A DNA stretch of 64,000 nt from an uncultured Eubacteriales bacterium. GTDB taxonomy: Bacteria > Bacillota > Clostridia > Oscillospirales > CAG-272. This document shows, in pieces, positions 9,264 through 18,523 of the stretch (positions within the stretch are counted from its first letter, which is position 1; the number at the start of each line of letters is the position of its first letter). A program made the translations under genes and the position numbers. The stretch spans positions 756 to 64,755 of the forward strand of contig CAVEFC010000003.1 of NCBI GenBank assembly GCA_963614875.1, read 5' to 3'. Under the pieces are notes generated by a model, which searched no databases, was not told the origin of the DNA, and saw only the letters and a list, made by a program, of their open reading frames with translations.

Positions 9264-9980
9264 ATGGCTGAATATTACAGAGCCTATGACGAATTTTACA
9301 AAAAGGCGGCTGCCGGCGGAGCGGGAATATGCGGAACTTCCGAAAACGATGCCGGAGCGGTTTCGACGCTTGAAAAATGGGTAAACGAAAATTCTCTTTC
9401 CGGAAAGGGCGTGCTTCAGTGCGCGTGCGGAGAGGGAAGCGAGGGAATAATTCTTTCAAAGCTCGGATGTCTTTACTGGGGAACGGACGTTTCTCTTACC
9501 GCGGTGGGCATTGCCAGACGCAGACTTGAAGAATATTCGGGAGCGCGGATATTCTTTATGGATATGGTGAAAAATCAGATAGCGGGAAAGTATGACGGAA
9601 TCCTTGACTGTCGGGGGCTTTGTATGCTTGTGACCGACGGCGACAGAAGAAAATATCTTGAAAATATTTATGTTGCGCTGAAGGATGGCGCAAGCGCGCT
9701 TTTCATGCGCGAGCCCTGTGACGAAAACGCTTTTTCCGGCGAGGTGGACAGCTTTGAGGACTGGCAGAAAATCACGGGCGAGGATTACGAAGCTCCCGTG
9801 GAAACGGCGGTTGCGGGAAGCGGCAAAACGGTTATGGCGGCAAAAATTCCCGAAAGAAGCAAAAGCAAAGACGGCTATATTAAAGAGCTTGAAGAAATCG
9901 GCTTTAAGATCGAAAGCTTTGATATCGAAAAAATATCCGACGGCGCGCCCGCCCTTGCCACGATAAAAGCAAGAAAATAA
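9264..9980 (+). CDS. SAM-dependent methyltransferase (class I-like)
   Basis: ORF 9219..9980. I prefer the ATG at 9264 because GGAGG lies 8 nt upstream and the predicted promoter (TTGACA 9200..9205, TAAAAT 9223..9228) places 9219 outside the transcript. Motif-I-like VLQCACGEGSEG. Confidence 0.65.
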   Translation: MAEYYRAYDEFYKKAAAGGAGICGTSENDAGAVSTLEKWVNENSLSGKGVLQCACGEGSEGIILSKLGCLYWGTDVSLTAVGIARRRLEEYSGARIFFMDMVKNQIAGKYDGILDCRGLCMLVTDGDRRKYLENIYVALKDGASALFMREPCDENAFSGEVDSFEDWQKITGEDYEAPVETAVAGSGKTVMAAKIPERSKSKDGYIKELEEIGFKIESFDIEKISDGAPALATIKARK

Positions 9981-10014
9981 ACGCTCGGAGCAGGCAAAAA
10001 CATAACGAAAACAG

Positions 10015-10051
10015 ACAGCGATACCGGACAGAAGCGGTATCGCTGTTTTTT
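10015..10051. terminator. bidirectional intrinsic terminator between the methyltransferase gene and glmS
   Basis: 12-bp stem ACAGCGATACCG / CGGTATCGCTGT with a T-run after it on the plus strand. The flank is T-rich on the minus strand. Confidence 0.7.
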
Positions 10052-11876
10052 ATTCCACCGTTACGGATTTTGCAAGATTTTTTGGCATATCGACGTCCGT
10101 TTTGCGAAGAACGGCTGTGTGATACGCGAGAAGCTGATAAACCGTTACCGCGGCTATCGCCGTCGTGATTTCGCTCTCTGACCGTATGGGAATTATAAAA
10201 TCCGCGTCGCCTTCGGCGGCTGTTCCTTCTGCCGTGACAAGCACGGTAAGCGCGCCTCTTGCCTTCACTTCGGAAAGGCTTGCCTTTGTTTTTCCGTAAA
10301 GGTCGGGAAGCGACGCCGAGGCTATCACGGGAACGCCCTCGCTTATCAGCGACAAAGTGCCGTGCTTGAGCTCTCCGGCAGGATAAGCTTCGCTGTGGAT
10401 ATACGAGATTTCCTTCAGCTTGAGCGAGCCTTCTTCGGCGGCGTAGCGGTCTATTCCTCTGCCTATGAAAAAGGCGTTATCGCAGGGAGCTATGCGCGAA
10501 GCGACCTCTTTTATTCTGTCGCTCTGCGATATGACCGAGCCTATAACCGACGGAAGCTCTGACGAAAGGGAAGAGGTGAAATCTTTTATCCTTTGCACGT
10601 CTGCCGCTTTGTTTGAAAGCGCGGTCGATGCCGCGATAAGACACATCACCGCCGCCTGAACGGTAAAGGCTTTCGTGCTTGCGACGGCGATCTCGGGTCC
10701 TGCGCGGGTGTAGATAACGTCGTCCGCTTCGCGCGCTACGGACGATGCGACGGCGTTGACTATTCCGAGCGTGTATGCGCCGTGCTTTTTTGCGAGTCTG
10801 AGCGCGGCGAGCGAGTCGGCGGTTTCGCCCGATTGCGAAATTATTATAACGGCGTCGTTTTTGTCGAGGATGGGATTTTTATATCTGAATTCGGACGCAA
10901 GCTCGGCTTCGCACGGACGGCGCGCGAGCTTTTCCGTCATATATTTTCCGAAAAGTCCGGCGTGCATTGCCGTTCCGCAGGCGACCGTAAATATTTTTTT
11001 CGCGCGTGAAAGTCTGCCAGATATATCGCCTCCGTCGCCGGAAAAATCGGGGACGCCGTTTTTTATCCTGCCGAGAAAAACGTCGGACAGGGCGCGCGGC
11101 TCTTCGTTTATTTCTTTCAGCATAAAATGCGGATAACCGCCCTTTTCGGCAGAGCGGATGTCCCATGCCGATACGCTCGGCTCTCTTTTTATTTCGCTAA
11201 GGCTTTTGTCGTAAAGCCTTGCGCCTTTGCGGTCGATTACGGCAAATTCTCCGCTTTCCATTACTATGTATTTTTTTGTGTATTTCAGTATTGCGGTTAT
11301 ATCGGAGGCGATGAAATTTTCATCCTCTCCGATTCCGATTATCAGCGGACTGTCGCTTCGCGCGGCGAACACGTTGTCTGGAAAGCCTTCGCAAAGCACG
11401 GCGAAAGCATAAGAGCCTTTTATTTCAGCCGTCGCGTTTCTGAGCGCCGTGAGCGGATCGCCCGTGACCGAAAGGTATTCGTTTATGAGCGCGGCGGCGA
11501 CCTCGGTATCGGTTTCCGAGCGGAAGATACAACCGCCGGACGCAAGCCGAGCTTTTATTTCGGCATAGTTTTCGATTATTCCGTTGTGGACGAGCGTTAT
11601 TTTTCCCACCGTGTGAGGATGAGCGTTTTCGGATGTCGGCGCTCCGTGCGTCGCCCAGCGCGTGTGACCGGCTCCCGTGTGACCTGAAAGCTTTGATTTT
11701 TCGGAAAGCGTTTTAAGCGTCCGCACCTTGCCCGCGGACTTTACGGTTTTTATGATGTCGCCGTCAAAAACGGAAAGTCCCGCCGAATCGTACCCTCTGT
11801 ATTCGAGCGAAAACAGTCCCGAAAGTATTGTTTCCGCCGAATTTCTGTAGCCCGTATATCCGATTATTCCGCACAT
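10050..11876 (-). CDS. glmS: glutamine--fructose-6-phosphate aminotransferase (isomerizing)
   Basis: 608 aa. It starts MCGIIGY (N-terminal nucleophile Cys), has two SIS domains, and ends KSVTVE. Confidence 0.97.
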   Translation of the reverse strand: MCGIIGYTGYRNSAETILSGLFSLEYRGYDSAGLSVFDGDIIKTVKSAGKVRTLKTLSEKSKLSGHTGAGHTRWATHGAPTSENAHPHTVGKITLVHNGIIENYAEIKARLASGGCIFRSETDTEVAAALINEYLSVTGDPLTALRNATAEIKGSYAFAVLCEGFPDNVFAARSDSPLIIGIGEDENFIASDITAILKYTKKYIVMESGEFAVIDRKGARLYDKSLSEIKREPSVSAWDIRSAEKGGYPHFMLKEINEEPRALSDVFLGRIKNGVPDFSGDGGDISGRLSRAKKIFTVACGTAMHAGLFGKYMTEKLARRPCEAELASEFRYKNPILDKNDAVIIISQSGETADSLAALRLAKKHGAYTLGIVNAVASSVAREADDVIYTRAGPEIAVASTKAFTVQAAVMCLIAASTALSNKAADVQRIKDFTSSLSSELPSVIGSVISQSDRIKEVASRIAPCDNAFFIGRGIDRYAAEEGSLKLKEISYIHSEAYPAGELKHGTLSLISEGVPVIASASLPDLYGKTKASLSEVKARGALTVLVTAEGTAAEGDADFIIPIRSESEITTAIAAVTVYQLLAYHTAVLRKTDVDMPKNLAKSVTVE

Positions 11877-13228
11877 ATGTCCTCTTTTCCGACGCTTTTA
11901 ATCCGCGCCGCTATTTTTTCCGCCGCCGAGCCGAGAAGCGCCGGAAGCAGCTTTTCGTCGTCGCTTTCGGCTGTTAGTCTTATGCAGGGCTCGGTGCCTG
12001 ACGGTCTTGCAACGAGCCTGCCGTGCTTTCCGAGCCGCTGTTTTACCTCGGAAAGATACGCTTTTATTTCGCCGTCGGTGAGGAAGGCGATTTTCTGTTC
12101 GGGCGTTGCCGGAATGTTTTTTGAAAGCTGAGGCATTTTTTTCAGCGCCGACGCAAGCTCGGAAAGCTTTTTGCCGGATCTTCTCATAAGCGAAAACAGC
12201 ATTATCGCCGTGAGCTGACCGTCGCCCGTGGGCATAACGTCGCCGAATATTATATGCCCCGACTGCTCTCCGCCGAAGCTGTAATCCCAAAGGCGCATTT
12301 CCTCGGAAACATATCTGTCGCCGACCTTCGTCTGTATGAATCTTATTCCGTTTTCTTCGCAGAACCGCACAAGCCCGAGGTTGCTCATAACCGTGCCGAC
12401 CACTCCGCCCCTGAGCGCGCCGTTTTCCTTCATATCGAGCGCAAGTGCCGCCATTATGGCGTCGCCGTCGAGCAGACTGCCGTTTTCGTCCACGCATATG
12501 CATCTGTCGGCGTCGCCGTCGAACGCCGCTCCTCCGCAGAGTCCGTTTTTGCGGACGTATTCGGAAAGATATGAAATATCCGTCGAGCCGCAGCCTGAAT
12601 TTATGTTTATTCCGTCGGGAGAATCGAAAAGCATATCGCACTTTGCGCCGAGCGAGGAAAAGATTTTTTCGGCGGAAACGGACGCCGCTCCGAAGGCGCA
12701 GTCGAGCGCGATGCGAAGCCCCGACAAAGATGACGGAGCAAGGCTTATAAGATAATTTTCGTAGTCGCCGAGCGCAGAGGAGCAGGCTCTGATCGTTCCT
12801 ATATCGGCGCCGCAGGCGCGCAGTGGCGGGCGCGACATCATAGCCTCCGTTTTTTCTTCAAGCTCATCCTGAAGCTTGTGACCGTCCTCTCCGAATATTT
12901 TTATTCCGTTGTATTCGGCGGGATTGTGCGATGCGGTTACCGTAATTCCGGCGGACGCGCCGTATTTTACGGTGAGGTAAGCCACCGCCGGCGTGGGAAG
13001 AATATCCGCCCACAAAACCTCTCCTCCTGCCGAGCATATTCCCGAAGCTAATGCGAGAGCGAGCATCTGCCCCGAGCTTCTTGTGTCGCGGGCAAGAAGT
13101 ATTTTCGGCTTTCCGCCCCCGTGCGAGAGGAGCGCCGTAAGCTTTTCGCCCGTATTTGCCGCAAGCTCGCGCGTAAGCTCGCTTCCGGCTTTTCCACGTA
13201 TTCCGTCTGTGCCGAAAAGGCGCGTCAT
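11864..13228 (-). CDS. glmM: phosphoglucosamine mutase
   Basis: Contains LFGTDGIRG and the TASHNP active-site Ser loop. I chose the start at 13228, the second ATG of GGAGAATATGATTATG. 13-nt overlap with glmS. Confidence 0.93.
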   Translation of the reverse strand: MTRLFGTDGIRGKAGSELTRELAANTGEKLTALLSHGGGKPKILLARDTRSSGQMLALALASGICSAGGEVLWADILPTPAVAYLTVKYGASAGITVTASHNPAEYNGIKIFGEDGHKLQDELEEKTEAMMSRPPLRACGADIGTIRACSSALGDYENYLISLAPSSLSGLRIALDCAFGAASVSAEKIFSSLGAKCDMLFDSPDGININSGCGSTDISYLSEYVRKNGLCGGAAFDGDADRCICVDENGSLLDGDAIMAALALDMKENGALRGGVVGTVMSNLGLVRFCEENGIRFIQTKVGDRYVSEEMRLWDYSFGGEQSGHIIFGDVMPTGDGQLTAIMLFSLMRRSGKKLSELASALKKMPQLSKNIPATPEQKIAFLTDGEIKAYLSEVKQRLGKHGRLVARPSGTEPCIRLTAESDDEKLLPALLGSAAEKIAARIKSVGKEDICAE

Positions 13229-13230
13229 AA

Positions 13231-13896
13231 TCATATTCTCCTTTCGGTCGTGCCGCCGTCCGATTTGTAAATCTGCCGCTCGCCGACATATCCGCGCACG
13301 CACGAAAGCGGATATACAAGGCTTTCTTTTCCTATAATGCTCCCGGGGCAGACGACGGCTCCGCAGCCGATTTCGACTTTGTCGCCTATCGCCGCGCCGA
13401 ATTTTCTTTTGCCGGTGCTTATTTTTTCGCCCTTATAAGCCACTGTGACGCTCTTTTTATCAAGCCTGAGATTTGATATCACGGCTCCCGCGCCGAGATG
13501 AGCGCCGCACCCTATGATGCTGTCGCCGGCATAATTGAAATGCGGCAGACATGCTCCCCGCATAAGCACGGAATTTTTTATTTCGCACGAATTTCCGACG
13601 AGCGCGCCCTCGCCTATGTATGCGTTGCCGCGGATATACGCGCAGTGACGCAGAGTCGCGCCGCGCTCTGTAATGCACGGCGCGGTGATTTTTGCGCTCG
13701 CGGAGATGACGGCGGAGCGGTGAATCCATACGTTTTCGCAGGGAGAATAATATTCGCCTCCGAGCTGCTTTCCGCAAGAAATTATAAAATCACCGAGATC
13801 GCTCAGCGCCTCCCATACAAATTCATATCCGAGCATAAACGCAAGCGGCGAGTGCGCGTCGATATCAAACAGCGCGCGTGCGGATAAATCGTTCAT
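13231..13896 (-). CDS. left-handed beta-helix acetyltransferase resembling the C-terminal (GlcN-1-P N-acetyltransferase) half of GlmU
   Basis: Hexapeptide repeats with a GlmU-like pattern (CEIKNSVL...HFNYAGDSIIG..HLGAGAVISN...FGAAIGDKVEIGCGAVV). I chose the ATG at 13896 (MNDLS...), which has an AGAGG RBS. The stop overlaps the glmM start region. Confidence 0.7.
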   Translation of the reverse strand: MNDLSARALFDIDAHSPLAFMLGYEFVWEALSDLGDFIISCGKQLGGEYYSPCENVWIHRSAVISASAKITAPCITERGATLRHCAYIRGNAYIGEGALVGNSCEIKNSVLMRGACLPHFNYAGDSIIGCGAHLGAGAVISNLRLDKKSVTVAYKGEKISTGKRKFGAAIGDKVEIGCGAVVCPGSIIGKESLVYPLSCVRGYVGERQIYKSDGGTTERRI

Positions 13897-13983
13897 ATAT
13901 TGCCTCTTTTCTTTTGCGTAATAAGTTCTGATTATAATATATGAAATATCCGCCGGAAACGTAAACGAAAAATACGGACGAAA

Positions 13984-14019
13984 CAAAAAAAGCGGCACAA
14001 GGCTGTGACCTTGTGCCGC
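13984..14019 (-). terminator. intrinsic terminator of the AI-2E transporter gene
   Basis: Stem GCGGCACAAGG / CCTTGTGCCGC (13992..14019), followed on the minus strand by a T7 run (plus-strand A-run at 13984..13991). Confidence 0.8.
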
Positions 14020-14033
14020 ATATCTGCGTCTGC

Positions 14034-15314
14034 TTATGAATTTTCTCCGTTTTCGGAATTTTCTTTCGGAGGCGCTTTTTTCTTTTTCTTTTTTTCTTCT
14101 TTTCCGGATTCCTCCTCGGCGGCTTCAAGCAGCATCGCTTTCGCTCTGCCGTCGCAGTATTCGCTGTCCTCGCAGGTGTAGCCCTTCTTTTCAAGCTTTG
14201 CGTTTATGTGATCGCCGATAAGCGTGTAAACGACAGCAAACGTGGGAACGCCGATTATCATTCCGGGCGCACCGAAGAAGCCCGACATTACCGTGATCGC
14301 TATGACAACCCATTCCGAAGGCATACCGATGTTCGAGCCGATAAGCTTCGGCGCAACGACGTTTCCGTCGATGCCCTGGAATACGAACGTGAACAAAACA
14401 AACGGAATAACCTTTGCCGGCGCCGCGATAAGAATGATTATCGCGCAGGGAACCGTACCTATCCACGGTCCGAAGATGGGGATCATATTCGTTATGCCGA
14501 GTATAACGGCGATAAGCGGATAGAACGGCACACCGAGAAGCCACAGCGCAAAGAAGTTCACGACTCCGACGAAGATTGCGTCAAGAAGCGTGCCTTTTAT
14601 ATATCCGCCGAAGCTGCCGTCGGCGCGTTTTACCGCGGAAACGAGCTTTTCGCGCTTTGCGTCGGGAAGATAAGCCTTCAGAAGCTTATTTGTCACAGCG
14701 CCGACGCGTTCCTTTCCGCACATAATAAATACCGCAAAAACTATGCCTATAAGCGCATTTTTAATGGCGCTGAGAAGCGAGGTCGCAAACGAACCCAGCC
14801 ACGGCATAACGATATCGACAATTTCCTCGGTTTTTTCGAGGAATTTTTCAACGTATTCGTTGAGAGCGCTTGCCAGCTGACCGAGAAGCTGCGATGACGA
14901 GCTTATTTCCGAAAGCCATTTGCGCGCGGTTTCAACGTAGTCCTTGAATTTTGTCTGAAGCTCGGTTATGCTCGATATGAGCTGAGGCGCGAGCGCCGAT
15001 ATGAGCAGCGAGATAAAGAGAAGGAAGATTATCATCGTTGCGACAACGGAAAGTCCGCGGCGCAGTCGCCTTGCGCCCTTCTTTTTGTTCAGAAAGGCGA
15101 ATACCTTTTCATCGAAAAGTCTGACTATCGGGTTGAGAAGGTAGGCTATTATAATTCCGTATATCAAAGGCGACAGCACTGAGAAGAACTTTTTTATATA
15201 GCCTCCGAAATCGTTGTGATTGAGGAAGAAGAAAACGATAAACGTTGCGGCAAGCAGAACAAGCGCGATGTATACGGCTATGGTGGTATATTTTTTGTTC
15301 CAGTAAAGCTTCAT
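14034..15314 (-). CDS. AI-2E family transporter (PerM/YtvI-like), copy 1
   Basis: 426 aa and polytopic. N-terminal WNKKYTTIAVY..., a conserved GxxxAVPxxA-type C-terminal core, and a K/E-rich tail. Confidence 0.8.
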   Translation of the reverse strand: MKLYWNKKYTTIAVYIALVLLAATFIVFFFLNHNDFGGYIKKFFSVLSPLIYGIIIAYLLNPIVRLFDEKVFAFLNKKKGARRLRRGLSVVATMIIFLLFISLLISALAPQLISSITELQTKFKDYVETARKWLSEISSSSQLLGQLASALNEYVEKFLEKTEEIVDIVMPWLGSFATSLLSAIKNALIGIVFAVFIMCGKERVGAVTNKLLKAYLPDAKREKLVSAVKRADGSFGGYIKGTLLDAIFVGVVNFFALWLLGVPFYPLIAVILGITNMIPIFGPWIGTVPCAIIILIAAPAKVIPFVLFTFVFQGIDGNVVAPKLIGSNIGMPSEWVVIAITVMSGFFGAPGMIIGVPTFAVVYTLIGDHINAKLEKKGYTCEDSEYCDGRAKAMLLEAAEEESGKEEKKKKKKAPPKENSENGENS

Positions 15315-15339
15315 TGTTTTCTCCTTTCCTTAAGAATTT

Positions 15340-16032
15340 TTATATCGCTTCTTTTTCGCGGTACTGCTCTATAACGGATCTGTAAATAAGCTCATAGCCC
15401 TGTGAATTCGGATGAATTCCGTCCTCGCATATAAGCCTTTCGTAATGATGATCGGCAAGAAACGCGGAGCGGATATCTATAAGCTCCACGCCGACGGCGC
15501 GAGCCGTTTTTTCAACCGCTATGCTGAACATTTCCTGATAGCGATAGATGGTTTCCACGCTGCCGAGCCACCAGAGAACGTTTTCCGCGCACATTCCGTC
15601 CTTTTCGGTTATTTTTTTGAAATATCTTGACGCAACTATCGGCGGAAGATTCAGCGCGAACACCTTTGCTCCGGACGCCTTTGCCTTTGTCAGAATTCCG
15701 GCGTAGTTTTTTTCGAAAAGCGCGGGCGGAGTCTTGCACAGATGCTCCTCCTCCGGCGCGTCCGATATGCTCTGCCAGTCGAAGTCGCAGTCGTTGCCGC
15801 CGACCTCTATGAAAACGGCGTCGCTCGACGCCATATCGCTTTCGCATTTTTCTACAAGCGCAAGCGTTCTTTCGGTCACAAAGCCGAACCGCGCGAAGTT
15901 TTCAAGCGTGATATCGGTTCTTCCCGTAAGGGTGGTTATGTCCGGCGCGCCGCCGACGTAACGTCCCGTTTCAGAAAGAACCACTCCTTTTCCGACGGAA
16001 TCGCCGAAAATGCAGAATTTCAGATTTGCCAT
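15340..16032 (-). CDS. SGNH/GDSL-family hydrolase
   Basis: FGDSVGKG (block I Ser), GGND (block II/III) and DGIHPN (block V). I chose the start at 16032 (MANLKF), which has a GAGGT RBS. Confidence 0.75.
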   Translation of the reverse strand: MANLKFCIFGDSVGKGVVLSETGRYVGGAPDITTLTGRTDITLENFARFGFVTERTLALVEKCESDMASSDAVFIEVGGNDCDFDWQSISDAPEEEHLCKTPPALFEKNYAGILTKAKASGAKVFALNLPPIVASRYFKKITEKDGMCAENVLWWLGSVETIYRYQEMFSIAVEKTARAVGVELIDIRSAFLADHHYERLICEDGIHPNSQGYELIYRSVIEQYREKEAI

Positions 16033-16082
16033 TTGTTTACCTCGTTTATATGTGCTTTCGTGAAGTATAAACCGAGATGCCG

Positions 16083-16559
16083 TCACAGTATTTTTTCCAT
16101 ACCTATTTTCTGGACTCTCAGTCCTATTTTTTCATAGAATCCGACGGCGGCTTTGTTGTCCGCCCAGACGTTGAGCGTAACGTTATAGCAGCCTGCGGAT
16201 TTTGCGTAATCAAGTACATATCCGTAAAGCGCGGTGCCGATGTGATGACCGCGGATATTTTCGTCCACACAGAGATCGTCTATATAAAGCGTTTTTATAT
16301 CGGTCATATTATTGTTTCCGATAAACTGTTTGTGGATACAAAAGGCGTAGCCGACAACCTCGCCGTCAAGCTCGGCGACAAACACCGGAGTTTTGTCGTC
16401 TGCGATTATTTTTTCAAGCTCGCCGTCGGTATATTTTTTCGCTCCCGCCCTGAAAAGGTCGGGGCGGGCATCGCTGTGAACCTTATGTACCTCATAGAGC
16501 AGAACGTCTATTTTCGGTATATCGCGGCTTCCGGCGCGTCTTATTTTAAGCTCTGACAC
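16083..16559 (-). CDS. GNAT family N-acetyltransferase
   Basis: 158 aa. Acetyl-CoA-binding-like segment RGHHIGTALYGYVLDYAK and a C-terminal A..FYEKIG motif. Confidence 0.8.
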   Translation of the reverse strand: MSELKIRRAGSRDIPKIDVLLYEVHKVHSDARPDLFRAGAKKYTDGELEKIIADDKTPVFVAELDGEVVGYAFCIHKQFIGNNNMTDIKTLYIDDLCVDENIRGHHIGTALYGYVLDYAKSAGCYNVTLNVWADNKAAVGFYEKIGLRVQKIGMEKIL

Positions 16560-16589
16560 TTTTTATCATCTCCGTGTATGCGGGTTTTG

Positions 16590-16666
16590 TGGCGCACCCG
16601 AGCGGATTCGAACCGCTGACCTACCGCTTAGGAGGCGGTCGCTCTATCCTGCTGAGCTACGGATGC
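16590..16666 (-). tRNA. tRNA-Arg (anticodon CCT), CCA encoded
   Basis: Manual cloverleaf: acceptor GCATCCG/CGGGTGC, D arm GCTC/GAGC, anticodon stem ACCGC/GCGGT with loop CTCCTAA, and T arm AGCGG-TTCGAAT-CCGCT. 77 nt. Confidence 0.9.
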
Positions 16667-16893
16667 ATATTGACGGATAATATCCGTCGGAAATTAAAAA
16701 TATAATGAGTGGAATACGTCAACCTACTCATTAGCTTTACCTACTTGGCACTGACTTATGGACGTTACCTTTGGCACCGTAATCTTTAACGACGTATGGC
16801 CGTCGAAAATATCAAAAACAATCTGAAAGCTTTGACCTTTCTGTAATTATTTTTGTTATTATTGAAAAAGAGTTATATTTGTCGGGTTGAAAT

Positions 16894-18231
16894 TTATTTT
16901 TTCTTTTTTGAGAAAAGATTTTTTACATGAAGGGCTATATCTCTGTCGCGGAGGCGGCTTTTTTCCGAAGCTTCCTTCTGCTCCTCGCAAAGAGCGACTC
17001 CGTCCTCCGAGGCGTAGTAATCCGTCGTGTCGGAGCTTGCGCCCTTTTTCTCAAGTCTGGATTTTGTCTTTTCTTTCAGAAGCTCGTGGATAACGTCGAA
17101 CGTCGGAACGGCGATTATCATTCCGGGCAGACCGAAAAATCCCGCCATAACCACAAGGGAGGCGAATATCCACATCGCAGGAAGTCCTGTTTTTTCGCCG
17201 ACGAGCCTGCTGCTGACAAAGTGCGCGTCGAATATGTGCAGAAGCACCACGAACAGCAGATACCAGAACATAAGGGAAACGTCCATCGAAGCGATGAAAA
17301 CTATAAATCCCGAAAGCGCGATGCCCACTATGGGGCCGAATACGGGAACAAAATTGCAGACGCCGACGATTATGCTTATGAGCGGATAATACGGAACGCC
17401 TATCGCCCAGCATCCGCCGAAGCATATTATGCCGACAAACAGCGAATCGAGTATTTTTCCGGTGAGAAAGCCTCCGAACTTTTCGTCAACAAGTCCGGCG
17501 ACCTTTCTTATGCCGCCGTAGGAGCGGTCGGTGCAGAGCGCGCGAAGCACTTTGTTTGTCTGCGCCGAAAGACGTTCCTTTGCGAAAAGGAAGTATATTG
17601 CGAATACGAAGCCGAGAAGCATATCCTTTACGGTGACGACGATATTTTTCGCCGCGCCCGCTACCTGCGGAATGACGTTGCGGATAAGCTCATAGGCTTT
17701 GTTTATAAGGCTGTTTATATATCCGACGGCGGAGGCGATATATTCGGAAAATTCGCCGGCGTTGTCGTCAAGGGTTTCGAGCCACGCCTGCACGCTGCCT
17801 ATATAAAACTTCATTTTGCCTTCAAGATCTTTATATCCCGCCATTACCTGCGGAATAAGTATCCATATGAACAGGCAGAAAACAAGCACCACGGCGACGA
17901 TTGTAACAAGCACGGAAAGCGCGCGCTGAAGCCGTCTTTTGCCGGGTCTTTCAAGAAAGCCGAAAACGTTCAGCTCGACTTTTTTCATCAGCTTGTTCAT
18001 AAGATAAGCGAAAAGTATGCCGTAGAATATCGGATTGAAAACGGAAAGAAATCCGCTTGCGTACTTCCCGAAATCGTGATTGTTCAGAAAGAAGAACACG
18101 CAGACAACCGCGAACAGTATGACGAACAGCGCATATACGGCTATCGTAGTGTATTTTTTATTCCAGCTTATCCTGCGTTTTTTGCCTGTTTCTTCTGTGT
18201 TGTTTTCCGGAAGCTCATTTCTTTCGTCCAT
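16894..18231 (-). CDS. AI-2E family transporter (PerM/YtvI-like), copy 2, paralog of 14034..15314
   Basis: 445 aa. It shares WNKKYTTIAVY, FFFLN..DFG, the membrane core and an EKKG-containing C-terminal region with copy 1. Confidence 0.8.
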   Translation of the reverse strand: MDERNELPENNTEETGKKRRISWNKKYTTIAVYALFVILFAVVCVFFFLNNHDFGKYASGFLSVFNPIFYGILFAYLMNKLMKKVELNVFGFLERPGKRRLQRALSVLVTIVAVVLVFCLFIWILIPQVMAGYKDLEGKMKFYIGSVQAWLETLDDNAGEFSEYIASAVGYINSLINKAYELIRNVIPQVAGAAKNIVVTVKDMLLGFVFAIYFLFAKERLSAQTNKVLRALCTDRSYGGIRKVAGLVDEKFGGFLTGKILDSLFVGIICFGGCWAIGVPYYPLISIIVGVCNFVPVFGPIVGIALSGFIVFIASMDVSLMFWYLLFVVLLHIFDAHFVSSRLVGEKTGLPAMWIFASLVVMAGFFGLPGMIIAVPTFDVIHELLKEKTKSRLEKKGASSDTTDYYASEDGVALCEEQKEASEKSRLRDRDIALHVKNLFSKKKK

Positions 18232-18485
18232 GCGCGTATCCTCCTTTCGCAGCGGGCAGAATATAAAACCATATCAGACCATACCAATCTTAATTCTATA
18301 CTATATATCAATTTTCGTCAAGTAAAAAGTCGAATTTAATTTGTAACAAAATTGTTTCACAACGACGCTCGTCGTGGGGCAATGCAAAAGCGTTTATAGG
18401 AAATTATTGCCACGCGACCGCGCGCCTATTCGGGCGGACGGCGGATTTTTTGTCGGCCGCGGGAAAAAGCTTTCCGCAAGCAAAA

Positions 18486-18516
18486 GCAAAAACGCAGGCG
18501 TCACCTGCGTTTTTCG
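18486..18516. terminator. bidirectional intrinsic terminator downstream of mntP
   Basis: Stem ACGCAGG / CCTGCGT (18492..18510), flanked by an A-run upstream and a T-run downstream. Confidence 0.7.
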
Positions 18517-18523
18517 CTGTATA

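Noticed and set aside
13897-14033. I looked for a glmS ribozyme upstream of the acetyltransferase-glmM-glmS operon.
   Set aside because: Only about 87 nt of noncoding sequence remain after the neighbouring gene's terminator. I saw no conserved ribozyme core segments, and glmS itself overlaps glmM.
14034-16666. The genes downstream of the tRNA-Arg(CCT) 3' end, considered as a possible tRNA-anchored genomic island.
   Set aside because: I found no integrase, no direct repeat of the tRNA 3' end, and no mobility or phage genes. The content (GNAT, SGNH hydrolase, transporter) is generic.
16745-16790. TGGCAC motifs (16747..16751 and 16773..16777), considered as sigma54 -24 elements.
   Set aside because: Neither has a TTGC -12 element at the required 4-5 nt spacing, and no plus-strand gene lies downstream.
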